The notes below the pieces were generated by a model. That model was not told the DNA's origin. It was given only the letters and a program-made list of their open reading frames with translations, and did no database searches. The position numbers and the translations under genes were made by a program. From the NCBI GenBank assembly GCA_044229975.1, contig JBGARZ010000001.1:96001-160000 (forward strand): 64,000 nucleotides of DNA, in the 5' to 3' direction. This document shows positions 1 to 11,167 of the stretch, one piece after another. The DNA is from Polyangiales bacterium (GTDB lineage Bacteria > Myxococcota_A > Polyangia > Polyangiales > Ga0077539). The stretch's first letter is position 1, and each line of letters starts with the position of its first letter.

Positions 1-704
1 CACCCCCAACCCCCGTCGTTGCACCCCCTCCGGAGCCGTCCCCGATCGCCGAAGCTCCCCTGGGGAGCCCTCCCGAGCCGTCCCCCGCCCCCGAACCTCC
101 CGCGGGGAGGCCTCCGGAGCCGACCCCCGTCCGCGCCCCTCCCCTCGGGACCCCTCCCGACGCGGCAATTCGCGCATCGGCGACCGTCCAGCTCGCGGCC
201 CTCGCGACGCTCTCGGCCGGGGTCGCACCGGGCCTCTTCGCGGACGACTTCCGCCCGGGCCTCGCGCTGCGGATCACTCCGCTCTTCGGCGCGACCGCCG
301 TCCCCATCGAGCTCGCCATCGACGCCCCTGGATCCCTCGACGACGCCACCCGCGACGCCCGCGTCGACGCGCTGCCGATACAGCTCGGTGCGGGCATCTG
401 CCGACGCTTCGGCCGTCGCGTGGTGGTGCCCCTCTGCGCCATGACCGCCCTCACCGTCGTCGTCGCGTCGGGCGACGGCTACGCCCCCGACCGCGCCGAC
501 GTGGGCTTCGCGCTCGGCGTGGGCGCCCGCACGGGCGTCGAGATCCCCCTCTCGAATCGCTGGTGGTTCGTCGCGTCGGCCGACCTGCGCGCCCTCGCCC
601 TGCGCCCGTCCCTCCAGGTCAACGGAACCGCCGGTGGCCCCCTCTGGACCGCCTCGCCCGTCGCGGCCACGCTCTCGATCGGCGTCGCATGGTCGAATCG
701 TTGA
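1..704 (+). CDS. Partial (5'-truncated) Pro-rich hypothetical protein with a C-terminal amphipathic beta-strand region, probably an outer-membrane partner of the downstream ECF system
   Basis: The frame of ORF 420..704 is open back to the window start. PPEPSP-type repeats are followed by alternating-hydrophobic strands ending ATLSIGVAW; stop TGA at 702-704. Confidence 0.6.
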   Translation, partial: PPTPVVAPPPEPSPIAEAPLGSPPEPSPAPEPPAGRPPEPTPVRAPPLGTPPDAAIRASATVQLAALATLSAGVAPGLFADDFRPGLALRITPLFGATAVPIELAIDAPGSLDDATRDARVDALPIQLGAGICRRFGRRVVVPLCAMTALTVVVASGDGYAPDRADVGFALGVGARTGVEIPLSNRWWFVASADLRALALRPSLQVNGTAGGPLWTASPVAATLSIGVAWSNR

Positions 705-726
705 GACCCATCGCGCCTTCACCCCA

Positions 727-1299
727 ATGGCTTCTGTGACCACCGACGCGCTCGCCCCGATCGCGCAGCCCTTCGGGGTCGCCGCGCCCTTCGACCTGGG
801 CGATGTGTATGCGCGCGAGTTCGACTGGGTCTGGAACACCCTCCGCCGCCTCGGGGTCGCGCCGCGCAACCTGCCCGACGTGACCCATGACGTCTTCGTG
901 GTGGTGCACCAGCGCGCCCACACCTTCGACCCGTCGCGCCCGCTCCGCCCGTGGCTCTTCGGCGTGGCCTACCGCGTCGCGCGCGATCACCTCGCGCTCG
1001 GCCGCAACCGACGCGAGTCCGTCGACGACGCCATCGAGGTGACCGACCCGTCGCCGTCGCAAGACCAGCGCGTCGCCGAGTCGCAGGCCCGCGAGCTCGT
1101 GATGGCGGCGCTCCAGCACCTCGACCTCGACCGCCGCGTCGTCTTCATCCTCCACGACATCGAGGAGCAGCCCATGCCCGAGATCGCGGCCACCCTCGAC
1201 GTCCCGGCCAAGACCCTCTACGCGCGGCTCAAGGTCGCGCGCGAACAGTTCACCGCCGCCATCCGGCGCCTTCGCCTCCAGCGGGGAGAGCACCCATGA
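727..1299 (+). CDS. ECF RNA polymerase sigma factor (sigma-70 family)
   Basis: Region 2 (WVWNTLRRLGV...DVTHDVF...RPWLFGVAYRV) and region 4 HTH (RVVFILHDIEEQPMPEIAATLDVPAKTLYARL); ATG at 727. Confidence 0.9.
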   Translation: MASVTTDALAPIAQPFGVAAPFDLGDVYAREFDWVWNTLRRLGVAPRNLPDVTHDVFVVVHQRAHTFDPSRPLRPWLFGVAYRVARDHLALGRNRRESVDDAIEVTDPSPSQDQRVAESQARELVMAALQHLDLDRRVVFILHDIEEQPMPEIAATLDVPAKTLYARLKVAREQFTAAIRRLRLQRGEHP

Positions 1300-1991
1300 G
1301 CGACCACGACCTCCCCGACCTGCCGCCCGACATCACCGCCCTCCTCGGCGCGGCCCGCGATGTCCCCGCGGCTCCCACCGTCGACCGTCGCCGCGTCGCC
1401 GCACGCCTCGCGCTCACCACCGGCGTCGCCATCCCGGCCGCCACCCTCGCGAGCACCAGGCTCGTCGCGGGCGCGTGGTTCGCCAAGGCCATCGCCGTCG
1501 CGATCGTCGCGGCCACCGCCGTCGGCGTGGCCATCGCGCTCGTCCCCTCGCCCGCTCGTCCGCGCCCGACCGCGACCGCTCCTGCGCGCCTCGCGCGTCC
1601 CCTTCTCCCCGCGCCCCAACCGACCGTCGCGCCCGTCATCGTCGCCCCGTCGCCACCCGTTGCTGTCGTCGCGCCCGCGCCCGCGCCCGTCGTCCCACCG
1701 GTCGCCGACGACACCTCACTCGAACGCGAGCTCGCCCTCATCGAGCGCGCCCACGTTGCCCTCTCGCGCGGCGCCCTCTCTGACGCCGACGAGGCCCTCG
1801 CCCGCCACGCGCGGCTCCATCCGCGCGGCCGACTGCGCCCCGAGCGCGAAGCCCTCGTCGTCCAGCGCATCGCCGCCAGCGGAGACCGCGACGCCGCCCG
1901 CTCTGCCCGCGACGCCTTCCATCGGCGCTTCCCCGCGAGCATGCTCGGCCCCGCCGTCGACCGCGCCGTCGACGACATGCCCTCCCCTTGA
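1296..1991 (+). CDS. Putative transmembrane anti-sigma factor (TM helix, Pro-rich linker, C-terminal TPR-like helical domain)
   Basis: ATGA overlap with the ECF stop codon; TM segment AIAVAIVAATAVGVAIALV; C-terminal LERELALIERA...HPRGRL...EREAL helical motif. Confidence 0.7.
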   Translation: MSDHDLPDLPPDITALLGAARDVPAAPTVDRRRVAARLALTTGVAIPAATLASTRLVAGAWFAKAIAVAIVAATAVGVAIALVPSPARPRPTATAPARLARPLLPAPQPTVAPVIVAPSPPVAVVAPAPAPVVPPVADDTSLERELALIERAHVALSRGALSDADEALARHARLHPRGRLRPEREALVVQRIAASGDRDAARSARDAFHRRFPASMLGPAVDRAVDDMPSP

Positions 1992-2809
1992 ACCGCCCCC
2001 GCCTCGTCACCCTCGCCCGCCGCCTCGCCTTGCTCGCGCTCGCCGCGTGGCTGCTCTCCGCGGTCGGGCTCTACCTCCTCCAGCGACGCCTCGTCTTCGC
2101 GGCGCCCGCCGAGGTGATCGCCCCGACCGCTCGCGGCGCGACGCTGCTCCGCATCCCCACGGGCGCCGGATGGGACACCGCCGCCCTGCACTGGCCCGCC
2201 CCGCCGGGCGCACGAACGGTCGTTCACTTCCACGGCAACGGCGAGCAGCTCGCGTGGCAGATCGACCTCGCCGAGACGCTGCGCGCCACGGGCTACGGCG
2301 TGGTCGCCGCCGAGTACCCCGGCTATGGCCTCATGCGCGCGGTGGAGCCCACCGAGGCGTCGCTCTATGCCAGCGCCGACGCCCTCTTGCGACACCTCAA
2401 AGGCCCCCTCGGCATCCCCCGCGACCGTCTCGTCATCCAAGGGTTCTCCCTCGGAACCGGCGTCGCCTCGGAGATGGCCCGCCGCGGCCACGGATCGCGC
2501 CTCGTGCTCATCGCGCCGTACACGTCCATGAAGGACATGGGCGCCCTCCAGGCCCCGTGGCTGCCCGCGCGCTGGATGATGCACGACGCCTTCGACACCT
2601 TCTCGCGGGCCCCGCGCATCACGATGCCGACGTTGCTGCTGCACGGCGAGCTCGACCCGCTCATCCCACCGTCGATGAGCGCGACCCTGGCGCGACGCTT
2701 TCCCGACGCGCGACGTGTGCTGCTGCCGGGCGCCCACCACAACGACGTCTTCGCTCGCACGCTGGTGGAGGTCGCGACCGAGGTCAGCCGCTTCGCGCCG
2801 CCCCGGTGA
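1988..2809 (+). CDS. Alpha/beta hydrolase with N-terminal membrane anchor
   Basis: FHGNGE, EYPGYG, GFSLG nucleophile elbow, HGELD and HHND catalytic motifs; TTG start overlaps the upstream stop. Confidence 0.85.
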   Translation: MNRPRLVTLARRLALLALAAWLLSAVGLYLLQRRLVFAAPAEVIAPTARGATLLRIPTGAGWDTAALHWPAPPGARTVVHFHGNGEQLAWQIDLAETLRATGYGVVAAEYPGYGLMRAVEPTEASLYASADALLRHLKGPLGIPRDRLVIQGFSLGTGVASEMARRGHGSRLVLIAPYTSMKDMGALQAPWLPARWMMHDAFDTFSRAPRITMPTLLLHGELDPLIPPSMSATLARRFPDARRVLLPGAHHNDVFARTLVEVATEVSRFAPPR

Positions 2810-2813
2810 GGGA

Positions 2814-5417
2814 CTACTTCTTCGCCGCCATCCCCTTGAGCTGCGACAGCAGGTGCAGCGCCTCCAGCGGCGTCATCCGATCGAGCTCCACGGCCTCCAG
2901 CGCCTCGATGACCGGGTGCTCCCGCGACACCGGCGCCGGCCGCTCCTCGAAGAGCCCGATCTGCTTGGGCGCCCGCTTCATCGGTCCTTCGCCGCGCTCC
3001 AGGTCCTTCAGCATCGCCCGCGCGCGCAGCAGCACCGGCTCCGGCAGCCCCGCGATCTTCGCCACGGCCACGCCGTACGACCGACTCGCGCCACCCTCCG
3101 CCAGCTTGTGCATGAACACGATGTCGTCGCCCGACTCTCGCGCCGACACGTTGACGTTGGCCACGTGCGAGCGCGTGTCCGCCAGCGCGCACAGCTCGTG
3201 GTAGTGCGTCGCAAACATCGCCCGCGCCTTCACCGCGTCGTGCAGGTACTCCGCCACCGCCCACGCGAGGCTGAGCCCGTCGAAGGTGCTCGTCCCGCGG
3301 CCGATCTCGTCGAAGAGCACCAGCGACCGCGCCGTCGCGCCCCGCAGGATGGTCGCCGTCTCGCGCATCTCCACCATGAAGGTGCTCGCCCCACGCGCCA
3401 CGTCGTCGCTCGCCCCGACACGCGTGAAGATGCGATCGACTCTGCCCACGCGCGCCTTCGTCGCCGGAACGAAGCTCCCCGCCTGCGCCATCAACACGAT
3501 GAGCGCCACCTGCCGCATCAGCGTGCTCTTGCCCGCCATGTTGGGCCCGGTCACCAACAACAAGCGCTTGCCCTGCTGGTCGAGCGTGATGTCGTTGGGA
3601 ACAAACGCCCCCGGCTCCAACATCGTCTCCACCACCGGGTGCCGCGCATCGCGCAGGTCGATCACCCCACCGTCATCGAAGATGGGCCGCGTGTAGTCGC
3701 GCCGATGTGCCACCTCGGCGAAGGCCGAGAGCGCGTCGAGGTCGGCGAGCTGGTTGGCCAGCTTGGAGAGCTTCGCGATGGACTCGGCCACCTTCCCGCG
3801 GAGCTGCTCGAAGCGCGTGCGCTCCAGCTCGCGCGTGCGCTCCTCGGCCTCGAGGATCTCCGTCTCCAGCGAGGTGAGCTCGTCGGTGATGAAGCGCTCC
3901 CCGCCCGCGATGGTCTGCTTGCGCCGGTAGTCGCTCGGCACGAGGTGCAGGTTGGCCTTCGTCACCTCGATGAAGTAGCCGAACACCCCGTTGAACTTGA
4001 TCTTGAGCGAGCCGATGCGCGTGCGGTCGCGCTCGCGGGTCTCCATCGCGAGGATCACCCCGCGCGCGTTGGTCGCCAACGCCGTGTACTTGTCGAGCTC
4101 CGCGTCAAAGCCCGCGCGAAACACGCCGCCGTCTTCCAGCGCCGCCGGGGGACTGTCCGCGAGCGATCCTTCCAACACCGTGCAGAGCGCCGTGAGCGGG
4201 TCCATCGCGCGCAACGACCCGAGCGCCTCGCTGGCCTCGGCGTTGGCCGCCAGCGCCGCGAGCAGCGTGGGCATGCGCTTGAGTCCGTCACGCAGTGTTC
4301 CGAGGTCGCGCGGCGTCGCCACCTTCATGGTCGCCCGCACACCCAGCCGCTCGAGGTCGGGGATGAGCGCCAGCGACTCGCGCAGCGCCTGCCGCAGCTC
4401 GGGGTGGACGACCAGCGCCTCGACGGCGTCGTGCCTGCGACCGACGCGCTTCAGGTCTTGCAGCGGAAACGCCAGCCACGTCCGCAGGCGACGCGCGCCC
4501 ATCGGGGTGATGGTCTCGTCGAGGTGCGAGAGCAGCGTCCCCTTCTTGTCGCCGCGCACCGAACGAAACAGCTCCAGGTGCCCCTGCGTCGTCTCGTCGA
4601 CCTGCAGATGGTCGCGCGCCTCCAGCCGCAGCGCCCGCTGCACCGCAACCGCCGCACCCGGCTGGAAGGCCATCGCGTATCGCAGCGCCGTCGCTGCTGC
4701 CACACGCGTCCCGACGGGCAGCTCGCCGAAGCCGATGTGCAGCGACTCTTCGCCCATGGCACCCGCGAGCACCTCGCTCGCCTCCTTCGGCCCGATGGTC
4801 GCCACGGTACGAACGAACATCCGCGACAGCATCCGCACCTCGGCGCGCACGGCGTCGTGGTGTTCCTTCGGGCAGACGAGCTCGCGCACATCGAGGCGGG
4901 CGAGCTCACCCACCACGCCGAAGAGGTCGCTCACCTCGCTCGTGAACAGCTCCCCCGTCGACAGGTCGTACGCCGCGATGCACCACCCCCTGCCGCTCTC
5001 GGCCGGAACCACCGCCGCGAGAAACTGGTTGGTGCGCGCGTCGAGTGACTCCGCGTCGAGCACCAGCGCCGGGGTGAGCACCCGCACCACGCCGCGCTTG
5101 ACGATCCCCTTCGCCTTCGAAGGGTCTTCGAGCTGCTCGCAGACCGCCACGTTGTGCCCCATCTCCAGCAGCCGCGGGATGTACGCCGAGGCCGCGTGGT
5201 GGGGGATCCCACACATCGGGATGGAGTCGACCTCGTTCTTGTTGCGCGAGGTGAGCGTGAGGTCGAGGGCCTTGGCCGCGACGAGCGCGTCGTCGAAGAA
5301 GAGCTCGTAGAAGTCCCCCATGCGGAAGAAGAGCAACGCGTCGGGGTACGTCGCCTTCTCGCGGAGGTACTGCTGCATCGCGGGCGCCTGGGCGCCCTTG
5401 GACTGGGTTCCGTTCAT
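2814..5417 (-). CDS. mutS: DNA mismatch repair protein MutS
   Basis: FFRMGDFYELF mismatch-binding motif, Walker A GPNMAGKST, STFMVEM, DEIGRGT, FATHYHEL, SYGVAVA and a C-terminal QIGLF clamp-binding motif. Confidence 0.98.
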   Translation of the reverse strand: MNGTQSKGAQAPAMQQYLREKATYPDALLFFRMGDFYELFFDDALVAAKALDLTLTSRNKNEVDSIPMCGIPHHAASAYIPRLLEMGHNVAVCEQLEDPSKAKGIVKRGVVRVLTPALVLDAESLDARTNQFLAAVVPAESGRGWCIAAYDLSTGELFTSEVSDLFGVVGELARLDVRELVCPKEHHDAVRAEVRMLSRMFVRTVATIGPKEASEVLAGAMGEESLHIGFGELPVGTRVAAATALRYAMAFQPGAAVAVQRALRLEARDHLQVDETTQGHLELFRSVRGDKKGTLLSHLDETITPMGARRLRTWLAFPLQDLKRVGRRHDAVEALVVHPELRQALRESLALIPDLERLGVRATMKVATPRDLGTLRDGLKRMPTLLAALAANAEASEALGSLRAMDPLTALCTVLEGSLADSPPAALEDGGVFRAGFDAELDKYTALATNARGVILAMETRERDRTRIGSLKIKFNGVFGYFIEVTKANLHLVPSDYRRKQTIAGGERFITDELTSLETEILEAEERTRELERTRFEQLRGKVAESIAKLSKLANQLADLDALSAFAEVAHRRDYTRPIFDDGGVIDLRDARHPVVETMLEPGAFVPNDITLDQQGKRLLLVTGPNMAGKSTLMRQVALIVLMAQAGSFVPATKARVGRVDRIFTRVGASDDVARGASTFMVEMRETATILRGATARSLVLFDEIGRGTSTFDGLSLAWAVAEYLHDAVKARAMFATHYHELCALADTRSHVANVNVSARESGDDIVFMHKLAEGGASRSYGVAVAKIAGLPEPVLLRARAMLKDLERGEGPMKRAPKQIGLFEERPAPVSREHPVIEALEAVELDRMTPLEALHLLSQLKGMAAKK

Positions 5418-5498
5418 GCTCGTGCGCCGGGTGTGAGGGAGGGGCGCGGATGATGAACGCGCCCGCTGTCGGTGGCTACCGCGACGGGGCGTAGCCTG

Positions 5499-6302
5499 TC
5501 ACGGCGTGTGTACGGGATCGGGCTCGGCGTACATGGGCTGTGGGGGCGGCGCCGGGGTCGTCACCACCGCGTCGAGGCGGAGCCCCGCGAGGTCGCCCAC
5601 CACGGAGTCGCGCTCGTCGGCGAACACGCTCTCGCGTCCGTAGTAGGTGTACACCCGCAGCGTCCGGCGATACTCGGGCACGTATTGATCGGGCTCCCGC
5701 CGCAGCGTCGCGAGGCGGATCACCTCCACCGGATCGCGCATGTCGAGCACGACCTCCCGCACCCGCTCGCCGACGCCGAGGTGCGCGCGTCGCAGCCAGG
5801 CAGTGAGCAGACCGCGACCGGGGCCGAGCACCACCGTCGGCCGATCGCCGCGCAGGATCTCGTAGCTCCGCACGTTCTGGTACGCGCGGGTGATGGTGAC
5901 CTCCGGCGTACGCAACTCGTAGCGGCGGATGTCCGCGACGCTTCCGCTCCGTCCCCCCGGGAAGGTCAGCCGCTTCCACACGCGCAGCGGGACGAGGTTG
6001 CGGTCGTAGACGACCTCGACGTCGGTCGCGAGTGGCGACTCCTGGCGCACCGTCAGCGTGTAGAGGCAGTCGCGCCGACGCAGGCTGTAGCGCTCGGTGA
6101 GCAACCGCTCGACCGAGTACATGCCGGCGCGGAGAAACTCCGACGCGAGCACCTCCCCATCGGGGAGCGGGGCATCGCCGCAGGTCGGGTACGCGAGCAC
6201 GGGCACATGGTCGACGGCGACGTGCTTGCGTCGACAACCGGGAGCGAGGAGGAGGAGGGGAAGGAGCGAGGCGGAGAGGAGGCGACGGGAGCGAGCGAGC
6301 AA
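5499..6302 (-). CDS. Hypothetical lipoprotein, last gene of the ACIII-oxidase operon
   Basis: TTG at 6302 directly follows the ctaF stop; signal peptide with lipobox-like LLLLAPGC; no family recognised. Confidence 0.6.
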   Translation of the reverse strand: MLARSRRLLSASLLPLLLLAPGCRRKHVAVDHVPVLAYPTCGDAPLPDGEVLASEFLRAGMYSVERLLTERYSLRRRDCLYTLTVRQESPLATDVEVVYDRNLVPLRVWKRLTFPGGRSGSVADIRRYELRTPEVTITRAYQNVRSYEILRGDRPTVVLGPGRGLLTAWLRRAHLGVGERVREVVLDMRDPVEVIRLATLRREPDQYVPEYRRTLRVYTYYGRESVFADERDSVVGDLAGLRLDAVVTTPAPPPQPMYAEPDPVHTP

Positions 6303-6303
6303 C

Positions 6304-6765
6304 TCAGTGGTGCTCTTCAGCGTGACCGCCAGCCGGAGCGGCGGGTGCGGCCGGAACCTGGAGGCCACCCGGCGCCGCTGCGCCGGTGCGCTCCAGCACA
6401 TGAGCGCCGCTGTCGACGTCGACGCGGCCGCGGGTGCTGAGGTCGTCGTTGGAGAAGCTGATGAAGACGCCGAGGAAGACGAACGCGCCCACGAAGACGA
6501 GCGCGTTGAACGGCTTGTCGTGCGCGAGGTGCATGAAGAAGATCGACACGAGCGACGCCTTCATGGTGGCGACGAGCATCGCGACGAAGGTGTTGGCCGA
6601 GCCGAGGTCGACGTACGACACGGCGACGGTGACCACCGTGAGCACGATGAGCGCCGCGAAGATGGCGATGAGGAAGAAGGGCGACGAGACGTGCGCGTGC
6701 ACCTTGCCGTCGTCGTGCTCGTCGTGGCCGTGATCGGAGGCGTGGTCGTTGGTCGCGGTGCTCAT
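6304..6765 (-). CDS. ctaF: Cytochrome c oxidase subunit IV (caa3-type)
   Basis: Three TM helices with LTVVTV...KASLVSIFFMHL motif; the start overlaps the subunit III stop (TGATG). Confidence 0.85.
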   Translation of the reverse strand: MSTATNDHASDHGHDEHDDGKVHAHVSSPFFLIAIFAALIVLTVVTVAVSYVDLGSANTFVAMLVATMKASLVSIFFMHLAHDKPFNALVFVGAFVFLGVFISFSNDDLSTRGRVDVDSGAHVLERTGAAAPGGLQVPAAPAAPAGGHAEEHH

Positions 6766-7484
6766 CAGCCCACCAGGTAGAGCAGGGGGAAGAGGTAGAT
6801 CCAGACGAGGTCGACGAGGTGCCAGTACAGCGCGCCGATCTCGACGGGGGTGAAGTGTTCCTTGGTGACCTTGCCGGCGAGGTTGCGGCGCAGGGCCCAG
6901 GCGAGCACGCCCATGCCGATGAGCACGTGCACGCCGTGAAGGCCCGTCATCATGAAGTACAGCGCGAAGAACATGTGCGCGCGGTACGGGAGCACGTGCC
7001 CGTGGTGGGCGTGCTGCGCGAGGTGCGCCGTGAAGTAGTGCCCCGGCAGCAGCCCGTCGTGGAACTTGTGCTGGTACTCGAAGAACTTGATGACGAGGAA
7101 GACGCACGCGCAGAGCAGGGTCACGATGATCCAGCGCGTGGTCCACTTGCGGTCACCCACCTGCGACTGGCGCACGGCGAGCGCGGCGGTGAGCGAGCTG
7201 AAGAGCAGGACCACCGTGTTGACGGCGCCCATGATCTTGTCGAGCCGCTCGTGCGCCTGGTGGAAGATGTCCGGCTCCTGACCCCGGAAGAGTCCGTAGG
7301 CCACGAAGAGCCCGCCGAACATCAGGATCTCGGTGCAGATGAAGATCCACATCCCGAACTTCGCGGAGTCGAACTGATGCGCGGGCGTGTCGAAGTGGTG
7401 CGCGAGAAACGGGTTGTGATGCCCGTCCCCGTGCCCGCCCGCGTGGGCGTCGTGCGAGGCCTCGGTGGTGGTGGCGCTGCTCAT
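6765..7484 (-). CDS. ctaE: Cytochrome c oxidase subunit III
   Basis: GMWIFICTEILMFGGLF, NTVVLLFSS, TGLHGVHV and YWHLVDLVWIYLFPLLYL. Confidence 0.95.
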   Translation of the reverse strand: MSSATTTEASHDAHAGGHGDGHHNPFLAHHFDTPAHQFDSAKFGMWIFICTEILMFGGLFVAYGLFRGQEPDIFHQAHERLDKIMGAVNTVVLLFSSLTAALAVRQSQVGDRKWTTRWIIVTLLCACVFLVIKFFEYQHKFHDGLLPGHYFTAHLAQHAHHGHVLPYRAHMFFALYFMMTGLHGVHVLIGMGVLAWALRRNLAGKVTKEHFTPVEIGALYWHLVDLVWIYLFPLLYLVG

Positions 7485-7537
7485 CGGTGGTCTCTCTACG
7501 ATGGATCGTTACTGGCGGTCCGCGGGAGCGGTGCCGC

Positions 7538-9217
<1,680 letters not shown>

Positions 9218-9255
9218 ATGGGTTGCCTTGAAACTCCCTGGGGATTCCGTGGCGA

Positions 9256-10260
9256 TCAGCGCAGCGTACGGATGTAGGCGATCAGCGCGTCGAGCTGGAG
9301 GTCGGTGAGCGAGCCCTGGTAGGAGGGCATGATCGGATTGAAGCCACGCACCACCTGCGCGTTGGGCTCCAGGATGGAGCGGCGGATGTAGTTCTCGTCG
9401 GCCTCGACGGTGGTGCCGTCAGCCAGCGGAACCTGATGACCGAACACGTTCTGCCAGGTGGGACCGGTCATCGGAGTTCCATTGACCGAGTGGCAGGTGT
9501 TGCAGTTCTGCTGGGTGTAGAGGAGCTGTCCCCACTCCGCTGGCGTGAAGACGCGACCGTCAGGGTGGTTGGGCGCCCGCAGGATCGAAGGCAGCCACTC
9601 CTGCCAGCGGGCGTTGTCCACGATGTGGACCATGCCGTTCATGGAGAAGTGACCCGTCTCGGTGCGGCTACCGTCCGGGTTGACCACGGGCTCGTCGGCC
9701 GCGCCGCAGTACTCTGCACAGAAGAAGCGGGTGTCGCCGAGGTGCGTCGCGCGGAACCACAGCGTCTGGTACGAGCCGGGCACCGCGTCGCGCTTCACGC
9801 GGAAGGCCGGGATGTACATCGCGTGGAGCACGTCTTCCGACGAGATCACGAGGCGCACCGCGCGGTTGATGGGGACGAAGAGCTCGTTGGCCGTGTGGCC
9901 GCCGTTGGGGTACTCGAAGTCCCACGACCACTTGCGGGCGCGGACACGGATGTCCATCGCGTCGGTCGGCGGGGTGGTCAGCGCGACGTAGCCCTGGAAG
10001 CCCCAGTGGAAGAGCAACACCAGGAGGATGAGCGGGGAGACCGTCCACCCGAGTTCCATCACCAGGTTGTGCCCGGTGGGCTCGGACTTCACGCCCGGCA
10101 CGCGCTTGTACTTCACGACGAAGTACAACATCACCGCGACGATGCCCACGAAGAGGACGAGGCTCAGCCAGTAGATGAAATAGAACAGCCAGTCGTACAT
10201 CGGCCCGAAGGTCGACCACTGTCCTGGGAGCTGCATCGTCGGGTTCGGGTCGGTGTTCAT
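9256..10260 (-). CDS. ctaC: Cytochrome c oxidase subunit II with C-terminal cytochrome c domain (caa3)
   Basis: Two TM helices, [14 protein letters not shown], CuA ligands CAEYCG...H..M, and haem motif CNTCH followed by MPSY. Confidence 0.95.
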   Translation of the reverse strand: MNTDPNPTMQLPGQWSTFGPMYDWLFYFIYWLSLVLFVGIVAVMLYFVVKYKRVPGVKSEPTGHNLVMELGWTVSPLILLVLLFHWGFQGYVALTTPPTDAMDIRVRARKWSWDFEYPNGGHTANELFVPINRAVRLVISSEDVLHAMYIPAFRVKRDAVPGSYQTLWFRATHLGDTRFFCAEYCGAADEPVVNPDGSRTETGHFSMNGMVHIVDNARWQEWLPSILRAPNHPDGRVFTPAEWGQLLYTQQNCNTCHSVNGTPMTGPTWQNVFGHQVPLADGTTVEADENYIRRSILEPNAQVVRGFNPIMPSYQGSLTDLQLDALIAYIRTLR

Positions 10261-10302
10261 CGCAGAAGCCTTCTCAGGTCTGTTCGAGCTGTCCGTTGAA
10301 AA

Positions 10303-11160
10303 TCAGGCCGCCGCGCTCGTGGGCGCCGCGGGCGGAGGCAGGTCGCCCGACCGACGGCGACGCTCCCGGTGCCACAGCACCGTGAGAAACGTCCCGAAGA
10401 TCAGCGCGGTAGCCGCGCCGCCGAGCCGCATCACCCGCATGGCCCAGAGCACGTAGCCCTGCCCCTGCGGGTCGTAGTGGTAGCAATAGAGAATCACGCG
10501 CTCGACGGTGCTGATGGAGCGTCCCTGCGACGCCTCCAGCAACCCCACGCGAATGTCCGTGGGCTGGTATTGGATGCCGTAGAGGTAACGAGCGATCTTG
10601 CCATCGGGCGTCGCCAGCATGGTCACCGCGGGGTGGCCGTACTGATCCTGCGCGGGCTCGTAGCGGTACTGGAAGCCCACCGCGTCGGCCACGCGGCGGA
10701 TCTGCGCCTCGGTGCCGGTGAGGAAGTGCCAGCCCCGCGCGCCCGTCGGACGGTTGTACGCAGCGAGCACGCGACCGCGACGCTCACGGGCGATGGCCGG
10801 GGTCTCGCGCGGGTCGATGCTGATGGTGACCGCGTCGAACTCCTGGCCCACGCTCCACGGCGTCTCCGAGAGGCCGCGCACTACGGCGTTGAGCACCATG
10901 TTGCAGAGCATCGCGCAGCGCGAGTAGGCGAGGTTGAGCACCACCGGGCGGCGCCCGTCGAAGTACTGCCCGAGGCGCACCGGGTGGCCGTCCTGGTCGA
11001 CGAAGGTCGCATCACCCGGGAGCTGCGCGTTGAGGTGCTCGACGACGCCGAGATCGCGCATCGCCCGCGGGAGCACGTTGACCTGCGCGTCGGCGCCCCG
11101 CGAGGACATCGCGAGGGCCGCACACACGATCAACGAAGCTCTGGAGGCGCGGGCGATCAT
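10303..11160 (-). CDS. SCO family copper chaperone / oxidase assembly protein
   Basis: CxxxC motif (CAMLC), TISIDP, WHFLTG, QYGHP; N-terminal signal peptide and C-terminal TM helix. Confidence 0.9.
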   Translation of the reverse strand: MIARASRASLIVCAALAMSSRGADAQVNVLPRAMRDLGVVEHLNAQLPGDATFVDQDGHPVRLGQYFDGRRPVVLNLAYSRCAMLCNMVLNAVVRGLSETPWSVGQEFDAVTISIDPRETPAIARERRGRVLAAYNRPTGARGWHFLTGTEAQIRRVADAVGFQYRYEPAQDQYGHPAVTMLATPDGKIARYLYGIQYQPTDIRVGLLEASQGRSISTVERVILYCYHYDPQGQGYVLWAMRVMRLGGAATALIFGTFLTVLWHRERRRRSGDLPPPAAPTSAAA

Positions 11161-11167
11161 CGGTCTC

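Noticed and set aside
2715..5048. Long antisense or alternate-frame ORFs (e.g. 2715..5048 +, 15784..19074 +, 26871..29867 -, 41257..45366 -, 50206..52833 +)
   Set aside because: They shadow well-supported genes, have no recognisable motifs, and are expected from stop-codon scarcity in high-GC, GC3-biased DNA.
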